This document shows, in pieces, positions 29,101-37,380 of a stretch of 64,000 bases of DNA (position 1 is its first letter; every line of letters begins with the position of its first letter). Both the position numbers and the translations under genes were made by a program. Below the pieces are notes generated by a model, which was given only the letters and a program-made list of their open reading frames with translations, searched no databases and had not been told where the DNA came from. This stretch comes from a virus (Duplodnaviria > Caudoviricetes): positions 49,679 through 113,678 of the IMG/VR virus record IMGVR_UViG_3300027782_000046; one strand, given 5' to 3'.

Positions 29101-31936
29101 TATAAATGCCGCAAGCAACGTAAACATTACAGCAAGCAATATTAATTTAAATTCAAACGTATTTACAACAGGTAATATAACCGCAAATTATTTTAAAGGC
29201 AATGGCGCATTATTAACTGGTATTACTATCAATTCCGTTACAGGGAATTTAACCGTTAGCGGAAACGTAATTGCGAATACAGTTATTGCAACCGGCAACA
29301 TAACGGCAAACTTCTTTAGAGGCAATGGTTCATTGCTAACAGGCATTACCGCAAGCGTTAGTTCTGTAACAGGTAATTTGACAGTAACAGGCAATGTGAT
29401 TGCTAATGCATATGTTTCAACAGCAACGGGACCTGCAGTACTATCTTCAGCATTGGATGTTTATGTTAATTCTGCAACAAATGTAAATATTGTTTCTAAT
29501 AATATAAACTTGAATTCCAATGTTTACGCATCGGGCAATGTAAACGCAAATTATTTCAAAGGTAATGGTGCATTATTAACAGGCATCGTTACTACAATTA
29601 ATTCCGTTACAGGGAATTTAAATGTTTCCGGTAATGTAATTGCAAATGCATATGTTTCAACAGCATCGGGCCCGGCGGTATTATCTTCGGCATCAGATGT
29701 TTATATTAACTCTGCATCAAATGTTAATATTGTTTCAAGTAATATTAATTTAAATTCAAATGTATTTACAACAGGTAATGTAAGTGCTAATTTCTTTAAA
29801 GGCAATGGCTCGTTACTAACAGGAATCGTTACAACTATTAATTCTGTAACAGGCAATTTAACAGTTACAGATAACGTAATTGCAAATGCAGTTGTTACAA
29901 CGGGCAATGTAACTGCAAACTTCTTTAAAGGCAATGGTTCGTTACTAACAGGAATCGTTACAACTATTAATTCTGTAACAGGCAATTTAACAGTTACAGG
30001 AAATATAATTGCAAATGGCTCGGTAATTTCTGCAACTTTTGTTGGAACCTCGGTTGGAGCAGGATTAATCTCATCTACATCCGATATTAACATTAACGCG
30101 GCAAGTAACGTAAACATTACGGCAAGCAATGTTACCTTAAATTCAAATGTTGTAATTTCTGGAAATGTGAGCGGAAACTTTTTTAGAGGAAATGGTTCTC
30201 TGTTAACCGGACTTGTTACTACGGTCAATTCTGTAACAGGCAATTTAAATGTTTCGGGCAACGTAATTGCTAATGGATCCGTAATTTCTGCAACTTTTGT
30301 TGGAACTTCTGTTGGCGCCGGCCTTATTTCTTCAACATCCGATATTAACATTAACGCAACAAGTAATGTAAACATTACGGCAAGCAATGTTACCTTAAAT
30401 TCAAACGTAAGAACAACTGGCAATGTTACAGCAAATTATTTCTTAGGCGATGGCTCTAGATTAACAAATCTACCTTCGGCGAGTTCTGTAACAGGCAACC
30501 TAAATGTTTCTGGCAACGTACTTGTAGCATCGGGCGGCAGCATTGCCGTTGGTACATCTTTACCCGATGCCGAAGTTACAATTTTAGCTTATCCTCAGAC
30601 AGTAAGTTATACAGTTACTGGTACTAGCAATACCGCCGGCACGGACTTACACATTACAGGCGCGGACGGTTCTATAACTCGTATCACACAAGACTCATTT
30701 GGCTCAAATACTTATGTGGCATTTACTGGGCGTGCGGCAAGAGGAACCGCTGCAAGCCCAACACAAACCCAAAACAATGACGCATTAGCACAATTTACTG
30801 GACGCGGTTTCAGTAATGGTAGTTTGCAATTTAGCACAGTATCAACCGGACGTGTTGATGTAGTAGCAGCAGAAAACTTTACCGATACTAGCAGAGCTAC
30901 TAAGGTATTAGTATTTACAACTCCAACTGGTTCGATTGCCCCAGTTAATACTGCGACATTTGATAGCACAGGTGCATTTACTGCTAATGGAAATGTTACA
31001 ACCGGCGCATATTTTATTGGTGACGGTTCTAGATTAACTAATCTAGCAGCGGCAAGTACTGTAACTGGCAATCTAAATGTTTCCGGTAACGTAGTCGCTG
31101 GCGGTAGTTTCATATCTACCGGCAATCAAACAGGCACATTATATTCAAGTGCAAACTTAGTAATATCTACTCCTGCAAATATTGTCCTACAAGGCAATGT
31201 GTTTACAACAGGAAATGTTTATGCAAGTTACTTTAATCTTCAAGGTAATTTAACTGTTACAAATACCGTAAGTGCTAATAATTTTGTAGCTTCTGGAAAT
31301 CAAGATGGTACTATAACATCTGCATCAAATATTTCGATAGCAACGACTGCATATATTTCGTTGAATGCAAACACAGTAACATTATCATCCACATATAACG
31401 CAAATGCAGTATTGTCTAGCAGCGGAAACATATCATTAATTGCAGGTACCGGCAATAGTGTTGTTATACCAAATAGCCCATTACGATTTGCTAGTTTAAA
31501 CACCGCAAATCTAAATTATGCCAATTTAGCTGCAGGAGATACTGTTTATAATCTTGGATCGAATGTACTAAATTATCGTGGTTCCAGCAACGCATGGATT
31601 GAAGTTGGTTATTTAAATATTCCACAGAATAGCCAAAATACAAATTACACCTTAGTAAAAGATGATGCAGGTAAGCATATTTTCCATCCGGCAACAGATG
31701 CAAATGCTCGCACATTTACAATTCCATCGAATAGTAATGTTGCATATCCATTAGGAACCGCAATTAGCTTTATTAATCTATCATCAAGCACTGTTTCAAT
31801 TGCAATTGCGGTTGATGTGATGTATTTAAGTTCTGCAGGTACAACAGGTACTCGTAGTTTAGCACAATATGGCACAGCAACTGCAGTAAAAATTACTTCT
31901 AATAATTGGATTATTTCGGGAAGCGGTTTAACATGA
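26105..31936 (+). CDS. Giant repetitive tail-fibre/virion fibre protein 2
   Basis: Same GNLNVSGNVIAN / YFKGNGALLTGI repeats as fibre 1; two copies of a ~165-aa RAARGTAASP globular domain; C-terminal NYTLVKDDAGKHI...WIISGSGLT domain. Confidence 0.8.
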   Translation: MTRKIDSSLISPLGGTEGQVLGISSGNVTFIAAGSGGGTTYANSIVNLNTANVTESASNLYYTNARVIAAVANTTISNLTVAGNVTVLGNVVANAFISTTSGPAILSSTTDVYINSTSNVNITATNVNVAGNLTANFFRGNGSLLTGLVTSVNSVTGNLNVSGNVIANAYFVGDGSKLTNLPSLSSVTGNLTVTGNVIANAFVSTTSGPAILASTTDVYINSVSNVSVTSSNINLNSNIRVSGNVTANYFLGDGSRLTGISAGSSNSVTGNLNVSGNVIANAFIATSNGPGIFSSTTDLYLNSAANVSITSSNINLNSNIVRISGNIFSNYFVGDGSRLTGITANASSSITGNLNVSGNVIANTFVSTAAGTAALISSTDFVLNAAGNVSITSSNINLNSNVYATGNINANYFKGNGALLTGIVTTINSVTGNLNVSGNIIANAIYTGAIINTGNASAGYFIGNVVANTVVAVGNVTANYFVGDGSRLTGITSSANISSVAGNLTVTGNVIANTFVSTGTGIASLISSTDFALNAAANVNITSGNINLNSNVFTTGNVNANYFKGNGALLTGITATVSSVTGNLNVSGNVIGSYFVGNGSLLTGITATVSSVTGNLNVSGNVIANAFVSTGSGAGGISSPTDFYINSAANVNIVSSNVTLNSNVVISGNISANFFRGNGSLLTGLVTSVNSVTGNLNVSGNVIANGFVSTGIGSGGISSPVDFYINSAANVSITSSNINLNSNVFTTGNLNANFFRGNGSLLTGIVTSINSVTGNLTVTGNILVGSNGYIGVGTSNPDSEVTILAIPQTVSYPVTGTSNTAGTDLHISGADGSITRITQDSFGSNTYVAFTGRAARGTAASPAQTQSNDTLSQFTGRGFSNGSLQFSTVSTGRVDVVAAENFTDTSRGTKVLVFTTPTGSINPVNTATFDSTGAFSANGNVTTGAYFVGDGSRLTNVVATSANISSVTGNLTVTGNVIANAFVATAPGAGYILSSSDVNINAASNVNITASNINLNSNVFTTGNITANYFKGNGALLTGITINSVTGNLTVSGNVIANTVIATGNITANFFRGNGSLLTGITASVSSVTGNLTVTGNVIANAYVSTATGPAVLSSALDVYVNSATNVNIVSNNINLNSNVYASGNVNANYFKGNGALLTGIVTTINSVTGNLNVSGNVIANAYVSTASGPAVLSSASDVYINSASNVNIVSSNINLNSNVFTTGNVSANFFKGNGSLLTGIVTTINSVTGNLTVTDNVIANAVVTTGNVTANFFKGNGSLLTGIVTTINSVTGNLTVTGNIIANGSVISATFVGTSVGAGLISSTSDININAASNVNITASNVTLNSNVVISGNVSGNFFRGNGSLLTGLVTTVNSVTGNLNVSGNVIANGSVISATFVGTSVGAGLISSTSDININATSNVNITASNVTLNSNVRTTGNVTANYFLGDGSRLTNLPSASSVTGNLNVSGNVLVASGGSIAVGTSLPDAEVTILAYPQTVSYTVTGTSNTAGTDLHITGADGSITRITQDSFGSNTYVAFTGRAARGTAASPTQTQNNDALAQFTGRGFSNGSLQFSTVSTGRVDVVAAENFTDTSRATKVLVFTTPTGSIAPVNTATFDSTGAFTANGNVTTGAYFIGDGSRLTNLAAASTVTGNLNVSGNVVAGGSFISTGNQTGTLYSSANLVISTPANIVLQGNVFTTGNVYASYFNLQGNLTVTNTVSANNFVASGNQDGTITSASNISIATTAYISLNANTVTLSSTYNANAVLSSSGNISLIAGTGNSVVIPNSPLRFASLNTANLNYANLAAGDTVYNLGSNVLNYRGSSNAWIEVGYLNIPQNSQNTNYTLVKDDAGKHIFHPATDANARTFTIPSNSNVAYPLGTAISFINLSSSTVSIAIAVDVMYLSSAGTTGTRSLAQYGTATAVKITSNNWIISGSGLT

Positions 31937-33000
31937 GCGCCAACCAACAAATTTTATCGGGGCTCGGCGCGCCGGCTGTGCAAAAGGTTGACGTTGCAAT
32001 TGCTATGTACTATTCCCCGTACGTCATGGTATATTCTTGGGATTCGGCTACTGGGTTTGGAACTAAGTATGCAGACCCAGGTACTTTGCCGCCAAACCCC
32101 GGATATTCTCTTGATTGGCACCCTACCGGAAATGCTCTTGCAATTGGCATTGGCGGCGGAGGCGGCGTACGGCTTTCGGCCTATGGATGGTCAACTTCTG
32201 GATTTGGTTCTAAGTTTTCGGATCCTCCAAGCGGAATATATAACGATGTTACCGGCGTATCATTTAATTCGGCGGGAAATGTAATTGCAACTTCATTTAT
32301 TGGATTTGGAGTTTATATTGCAGCAATTGCCTGGTCGCCTTCTGGATTTGGAACTAAGTATGCAGACCCAGCAGTTTATCCTGCTGGCGCTGCTCAAGAT
32401 ATAAAATTCAATCCTGCAGGAAATGTTCTCGCATGTGTTCACGAATCTTCGCCATATATGACTGCATGGCCCTGGAGCGGTGGATTTGGAACTAAATATA
32501 GTAATCCAAGTTCATATTATGTTACGACTCATTATGGACTTAACTGGTCTCCTTCTGGCAATGCTATTGCGGTAACATTTGATCCTTCTCCTCACCAGTC
32601 TGTATATCAATGGTCATCTGGATTTGGAACCAGATATTCCGATCCAGGAACTGCAACTGCTGGTACTGGGTGGGGGGCGGCATGGAGTCCATCTGGAAAT
32701 GCTTTAGCATTTGCTCATTCCGGGTCACCATTTGTTAGTGTATATCCTTGGAGTTATAGTTCAGGATTTGGAACTAAATATTCTAATCCGGGTACTTTGC
32801 CTAGTAGCAGTAATTACGCAAAATCTGTTTCGTTTACTGCTGCTGGCGATGCTATTGCATTTACGCATGATGTTACTCCGTATATCTCGGCATATCCTTG
32901 GAGTGATAGTACAGGATTTGGAAGTAAATATTCAAACCCAACTACATTGCCGACATCTGGTGTTACGCCAAATAGTGTTAGATTTTCTCCCCCACATTGA
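31933..33000 (+). CDS. Beta-propeller (WD40-like) repeat protein, putative fibre-tip partner
   Basis: ATGA overlap with the fibre 2 stop (start MSANQQ); about 7 repeats of W-x-S-GFGTKY(S/A)(N/D)P...(W/F)(S/N)PxGNA(L/I)A. Confidence 0.75.
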   Translation: MSANQQILSGLGAPAVQKVDVAIAMYYSPYVMVYSWDSATGFGTKYADPGTLPPNPGYSLDWHPTGNALAIGIGGGGGVRLSAYGWSTSGFGSKFSDPPSGIYNDVTGVSFNSAGNVIATSFIGFGVYIAAIAWSPSGFGTKYADPAVYPAGAAQDIKFNPAGNVLACVHESSPYMTAWPWSGGFGTKYSNPSSYYVTTHYGLNWSPSGNAIAVTFDPSPHQSVYQWSSGFGTRYSDPGTATAGTGWGAAWSPSGNALAFAHSGSPFVSVYPWSYSSGFGTKYSNPGTLPSSSNYAKSVSFTAAGDAIAFTHDVTPYISAYPWSDSTGFGSKYSNPTTLPTSGVTPNSVRFSPPH

Positions 33001-33009
33001 AAGTATAAA

Positions 33010-33243
33010 ATGAATAAAAACGAAATTTTAAAACAAGCACTTGTTGCTAGAGAAGAAGAAATTTTTGGATATCAAATCAACATTGATAATTATACGCTTG
33101 CCATTGAACATATTAATGCTAGCGGAGATTCGGATTTAACTGATTTTCGCAATAAGCTTACCGAACTATTGGCGTCTGAAAAATTAGAACAAAAAAAGGC
33201 AAAAGTTATTCGAGATATTGTTCAAAAGCAATTAGAGGATTAA
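33010..33243 (+). CDS. Hypothetical helical protein
   Basis: Clean ORF in the operon. Confidence 0.6.
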   Translation: MNKNEILKQALVAREEEIFGYQINIDNYTLAIEHINASGDSDLTDFRNKLTELLASEKLEQKKAKVIRDIVQKQLED

Positions 33244-33244
33244 T

Positions 33245-33691
33245 ATGTACGCGCAACAAATAGAAAATACTTGGAAAGAATTAATAGGAAATATTGTATT
33301 TTCTCCAACCATTTATCAGACTGCAGAATCATTGACTGATGAACAACGTCAAGAATTCAATGTATATTTAATAGAAGAAGCTGCCATACCTTCTGTATCA
33401 TCTACTCAAAAATTGGGATCGATTGTTTACACACTAAAAGATAATGTGGTTGAAAAGTCTTATACTGTAATTGATAAGACATCTGAAGAAATAGCACAAG
33501 AGACTGCATATAAAGCGTTGCAAGTTCGAGCCGAACGAAGAGTTAAACTTGCGGAATCTGATTGGACTCATCTGACTGATAGCACAGTAAACAAAACAGA
33601 ATGGGCAACATACCGTCAAGCATTACGAGACATTACTACACAATCAGGATTTCCGTTAACAGTTGAATGGCCTACTCCTCCTGGAGCATAA
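33245..33691 (+). CDS. Phage tail (fibre) assembly chaperone
   Basis: C-terminal R..R...LAESDWT......W..YRQALRDI.......V.WP.PP motif. Confidence 0.75.
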   Translation: MYAQQIENTWKELIGNIVFSPTIYQTAESLTDEQRQEFNVYLIEEAAIPSVSSTQKLGSIVYTLKDNVVEKSYTVIDKTSEEIAQETAYKALQVRAERRVKLAESDWTHLTDSTVNKTEWATYRQALRDITTQSGFPLTVEWPTPPGA

Positions 33692-33735
33692 TAAATAACA
33701 AGAGAAACAATTAGTTTCAAATATCGGAGCAATAG

Positions 33736-34185
33736 ATGGCCAAGTTAAAAGTATCAGAATTACAAGCAGCGACTCAAATAAATTTGAATGATACAATGTA
33801 TATCGTTCAAAATGGTGTTAGCAAACAAGCAAATGTGTCTACATTCCTTGCAAATACTTTAGGCTCTCCTCAGATTGCATCTGTTACAAATTATTCTCTT
33901 CTTATAAGAGACCAAGATAAGCATTTGTACTTTACAAATGGCACAGATGTAACATTATCTATTCCAAATAATACTGAAATTTCTTGGCCTATTGGCACAA
34001 CAATTAAAGTTGTCGCAAAAACAACAAATCAATCAAATGTTATAGTTAGCCCAAATGTAGGAGTATCTTTATACTTGGCTGGCAATTCAACATCAACATC
34101 TAGAAAAATTACACCGTATGGCGTAGCAACTTTATTAAATGTTGCAGCAAATACTTGGTTTATAAGCGGTTACGCAATCGTTTAA
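33736..34185 (+). CDS. Short fibre-like adaptor sharing the C-terminal domain of fibre 2
   Basis: NYSLLIRDQDKH...PIGTTI...YGVATL...WFISG aligns with the fibre 2 C-terminus; preceded by ATAAATA (33691-33697) and a GGAG RBS. Confidence 0.7.
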   Translation: MAKLKVSELQAATQINLNDTMYIVQNGVSKQANVSTFLANTLGSPQIASVTNYSLLIRDQDKHLYFTNGTDVTLSIPNNTEISWPIGTTIKVVAKTTNQSNVIVSPNVGVSLYLAGNSTSTSRKITPYGVATLLNVAANTWFISGYAIV

Positions 34186-34203
34186 TTATTTTTAGGCGAT
34201 CTA

Positions 34204-35757
34204 ATGTTTTCTCTTAGTGGCGGGCAGATATCAGGAAGTTTTGAGCTCTCATATAGGGGGCCCTTTGCTGTTCCTGCACTACCAGAATTAACATCTACAG
34301 TACCCCAAGGCCAATCTGCATGGACGGGAACGGCTGGAGTATACAATGGCGGTAGTACAACTATTGAATGGACTGTTCCTGCCGGAGTCACTACTATATC
34401 AATAGTGGCAGTTGGTGGAGGTTCGGGCGGTGGAAATCTTGGTTCTCCTCTGGGAGCGGGGTCTGGTGGCGGGCTTGCATATGGTTCTTGCAACGTAACT
34501 GCTGGATCTAATATTACTATTCTTGTTGGAAATGGTGGCGGAGCATATATTTCTGGAGGCATTTATGATACAGCTGCCGGCGGAGATTCAAAAGTACAGA
34601 TACCATCAGGAACAGATGTAATTGCAGGATATGGCGGAGGTGCAGTAAGTACTTCAACTTCATATGGCGGCAGTTATTATAATTCTGGAATGGATGCATC
34701 AAAACCCAGAGGAGGCGGCGCAGGAGGAAACGGCGCTTGCGGTTCTGGTACAAGTATAGCTGGTAGTGGGGGCGGTGCTGGAGGATATGACAGCAATGGC
34801 GGCAACGGCGGTATCAATGGCGGCGGTGCTAGTACCAGCAACTATTCTGGAGGTGGTGGCGGATATCGAAACCAAGGTGGAGGCGTTGGTTTGCTTGGTC
34901 AAAGTGCTGGCGGATTTGCACAATCTACAATTAATACAGCAGGATATGATGGATCCGGGGGCGGGTATGGTTCTGGAGGCGGCGGCGCTGGAACATATGT
35001 TAACCCATATACTTCATATCCAAAATATGGTGGGAGCGGGGGAGTAAGAATAGTTTGGGGATCAAACAGACAATATCCTGATCCTGCAAATGTTGCTGAT
35101 GTATCAACAATTACTTGGGCGCCAAATTCTCCAAGAGATATGCCGGGCATAGTTGCATGGTATGACGAAAAATCATTTGATGATCGCCGTGGAATTTGGT
35201 ATGATAGATTGGGCAATACATCTATCTCAGCAAATGTTGTTGGTTGCGCATTAGTAACTCTTGCTGGAGGCAATGGTGCAAATACAAATCTTGGTGCAGC
35301 AATAAGCGGCACACCTGCAAGTAGTATAACATGGCCAACAGGCCTTATATCAAACACGTATACTATATTCCATGTAACAAGATATTCTGGGTCAAACAAA
35401 CAAAGAATTTATTCAACAACCGGTGGCGTTGATTGGGCATCTGGGCATATTAATGGAGCGGCCGGCCAATTTAAGCATGGTAGCTTATTAACTGGATCGG
35501 ATGGTTCTACTGATTATTATGGCACAAATTGGTTTGTTACTACAGATCAATTGAATATAGGAAGAACTAACGGGATAACACGCGGTACAGGATCTGGGCT
35601 TACAACTTATCCAACCACTTTGGCAATTAATAAATATAGCACAGAGAAGAGTGATTTCCAAACAACGTGTTTAGTTGTTTGTTCGGGTCAGATGAATTAC
35701 GGATATTATACTGCACTTGAAACCTGGTTGAGAAACTATTACGGAATAACATCATAA
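34204..35757 (+). CDS. Divergent glycine-rich domain plus C-terminal lectin-like domain
   Basis: WTVPAGVTTISIVAVGGG...GGSGGVRIVWG, then a WYD...WYDR.GN beta-sandwich-like region. Confidence 0.7.
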   Translation: MFSLSGGQISGSFELSYRGPFAVPALPELTSTVPQGQSAWTGTAGVYNGGSTTIEWTVPAGVTTISIVAVGGGSGGGNLGSPLGAGSGGGLAYGSCNVTAGSNITILVGNGGGAYISGGIYDTAAGGDSKVQIPSGTDVIAGYGGGAVSTSTSYGGSYYNSGMDASKPRGGGAGGNGACGSGTSIAGSGGGAGGYDSNGGNGGINGGGASTSNYSGGGGGYRNQGGGVGLLGQSAGGFAQSTINTAGYDGSGGGYGSGGGGAGTYVNPYTSYPKYGGSGGVRIVWGSNRQYPDPANVADVSTITWAPNSPRDMPGIVAWYDEKSFDDRRGIWYDRLGNTSISANVVGCALVTLAGGNGANTNLGAAISGTPASSITWPTGLISNTYTIFHVTRYSGSNKQRIYSTTGGVDWASGHINGAAGQFKHGSLLTGSDGSTDYYGTNWFVTTDQLNIGRTNGITRGTGSGLTTYPTTLAINKYSTEKSDFQTTCLVVCSGQMNYGYYTALETWLRNYYGITS

Positions 35758-35765
35758 TTACTATA

Positions 35766-36155
35766 ATGAGATTTGAATTGACTGAAGAAAATTTTATGAT
35801 GTATGCCATGAAGCATTATGATAATCCATATTGTAAAGGCATGGATGAATTCTTAGACGACGTTAAACGATTTAAATATATCAAACGCCTATTAGGAAAG
35901 TATCTTAATAATAAAGAACTTAAAGAGCGATTAATTATAAATCACATAATTATTCTAAATAATTTATTTGGAGTAGATGCAGCAACAAGGATGTTGTTCT
36001 TTAAAATAGATAAAAAATACTGGTCACAACTAAAGACATTTCTGGTATTTTTAAATTATATGCCAGAAAAAATAGTTATAACCGAGGAGTCTCCTATATT
36101 TGAATCAGAGATTCCATTGGACGCCAAAATAATAGAAATTTTAAGAAGAGTATAA
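35766..36155 (+). CDS. Conserved T4-like phage hypothetical protein
   Basis: FMMYAMKHYDNP.C....EF.DD.KRFKYIKRL...ERLI.NHIIIL.N.FG motif, recognised from T4-like environmental phages. Confidence 0.7.
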   Translation: MRFELTEENFMMYAMKHYDNPYCKGMDEFLDDVKRFKYIKRLLGKYLNNKELKERLIINHIIILNNLFGVDAATRMLFFKIDKKYWSQLKTFLVFLNYMPEKIVITEESPIFESEIPLDAKIIEILRRV

Positions 36156-36156
36156 A

Positions 36157-36705
36157 ATGGGTAAATTTGTAGATTCAGTAATAACCTATAGGATCCTTCG
36201 TCTTTTGACAACACCATTTGAAAAAACAGATGCCTATAAATTAGGTATTATAGATAAAAATGGGAATGAACTTAAAAAGATGGGCGACCTGAATACGGTT
36301 GAAGAAAGAGATGCATATACTCTTTTACACCGATTAGTATTCAGATTGAAAAAAATCATCAATAAAGTTCCAATTGCGAACAAAACTCTAACATCATATG
36401 CAGCTGCATATGCCTTAGTTAAAGAAAGCCTAGATAATAATCACGAACCGATTGACCTAGAATTTCAGTATATAAATAAAGTAAGCGCCGAATTAAATTC
36501 GGAGCTGGCGATAGTTGAAGAGTTTTTAAATGGAAATAAAATTTTTACATTTAAACAGTTTTCAGAAGACGGTGAAGGTGGAGTTGCGGCAAATAACGCT
36601 GCAGTAACACCGGGGATTGCAGGATTACCTCCAGACCAACCCCCTATTAGCAAAAAACGTCAGAAGAAATGGGTTGACAAAAATAGTATATTTAGGAGAA
36701 AATAA
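36157..36705 (+). CDS. Conserved T4-like phage hypothetical protein
   Basis: YRILRLLTTPFEKTDAYKLGIID..G...AYTLLHRLVF.LKK motif. Confidence 0.65.
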   Translation: MGKFVDSVITYRILRLLTTPFEKTDAYKLGIIDKNGNELKKMGDLNTVEERDAYTLLHRLVFRLKKIINKVPIANKTLTSYAAAYALVKESLDNNHEPIDLEFQYINKVSAELNSELAIVEEFLNGNKIFTFKQFSEDGEGGVAANNAAVTPGIAGLPPDQPPISKKRQKKWVDKNSIFRRK

Positions 36706-37082
36706 TGGAATTTTTAGGATTAATATTAGTAGCATTGGTTGGAGTTGGTGTTTATGTTTTCTTTAAAAAGGAAGACGAACCTTCTCCTACATTAACACCG
36801 TTGAACAAGCCAATGGCTGCTCCTGTAAAAACAGAAACAGTTACGCTTAAACCAATTGATACTCCTGTACCAGTTACAATAGACACAAAAACTGATGCGG
36901 CGCCTCAAGAAGCAGTTGCGGTTGCAATTGCACAGGTTGCGGAAGTTAAACAAGCGCCAGTAATTGAAGAGCCTGTACTGGTTGTAGAGCCAGAACCAGT
37001 TGTAGAAGAAACTGCAGCAAACCCCGCCGCAAAGAAAACTGCAGCAAAAACAACTGCATCAAAACCAAAAAAGAAAAAGTAA
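36705..37082 (+). CDS. Single-TM Pro/Ala/Glu-rich protein with a lysine tail
   Basis: N-terminal hydrophobic helix, low-complexity body. Confidence 0.6.
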   Translation: MEFLGLILVALVGVGVYVFFKKEDEPSPTLTPLNKPMAAPVKTETVTLKPIDTPVPVTIDTKTDAAPQEAVAVAIAQVAEVKQAPVIEEPVLVVEPEPVVEETAANPAAKKTAAKTTASKPKKKK

Positions 37083-37088
37083 TGCAAA

Positions 37089-37331
37089 ATGGAAATGATC
37101 GATACTCAAGCAAGGCTTGCCGTCATGGAACATGAAGTTAAAAATATCTGTGACGAACTAAAAGAGCTTCGTTCAGAACAAAAAGAGCAGCATAATTTGA
37201 TGATGGCCAAACTATCCAAAATGGATGAGCGTATTGGTATCATTGAAAAATGGAGATGGATGCTTATTGGCGGAGCTCTTGTTCTAGGATATTTCTTGGC
37301 CCATGTACAAATAGGCAAAATTATCGCTTGA
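37089..37331 (+). CDS. Small coiled-coil protein with a C-terminal TM helix (holin/XhlA-like)
   Basis: Coiled coil followed by KWRWMLIGGALVLGY. Confidence 0.5.
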   Translation: MEMIDTQARLAVMEHEVKNICDELKELRSEQKEQHNLMMAKLSKMDERIGIIEKWRWMLIGGALVLGYFLAHVQIGKIIA

Positions 37332-37379
37332 TTTTTTATCATTTCTATATTATAATTAAGGCTCTTAGTGGAGCCTTAA
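37328..37379 (+). promoter_or_regulatory. Sigma70-like promoter and RBS-occluding hairpin upstream of primase
   Basis: TTGATT-N17-TATAAT (37328-37356); perfect 9-bp inverted repeat TTAAGGCTC/GAGCCTTAA (37356-37379) covering the GGAG. Confidence 0.65.
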
Positions 37380-37380
37380 C

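Noticed and set aside
518-31950. Many minus-strand and alternate-frame ORFs overlapping the fibre and Gly-rich genes
   Set aside because: They are shadows of repetitive, codon-biased coding sequence (for example poly-Pro from the antisense of poly-Gly) and lack independent RBSs or motifs.
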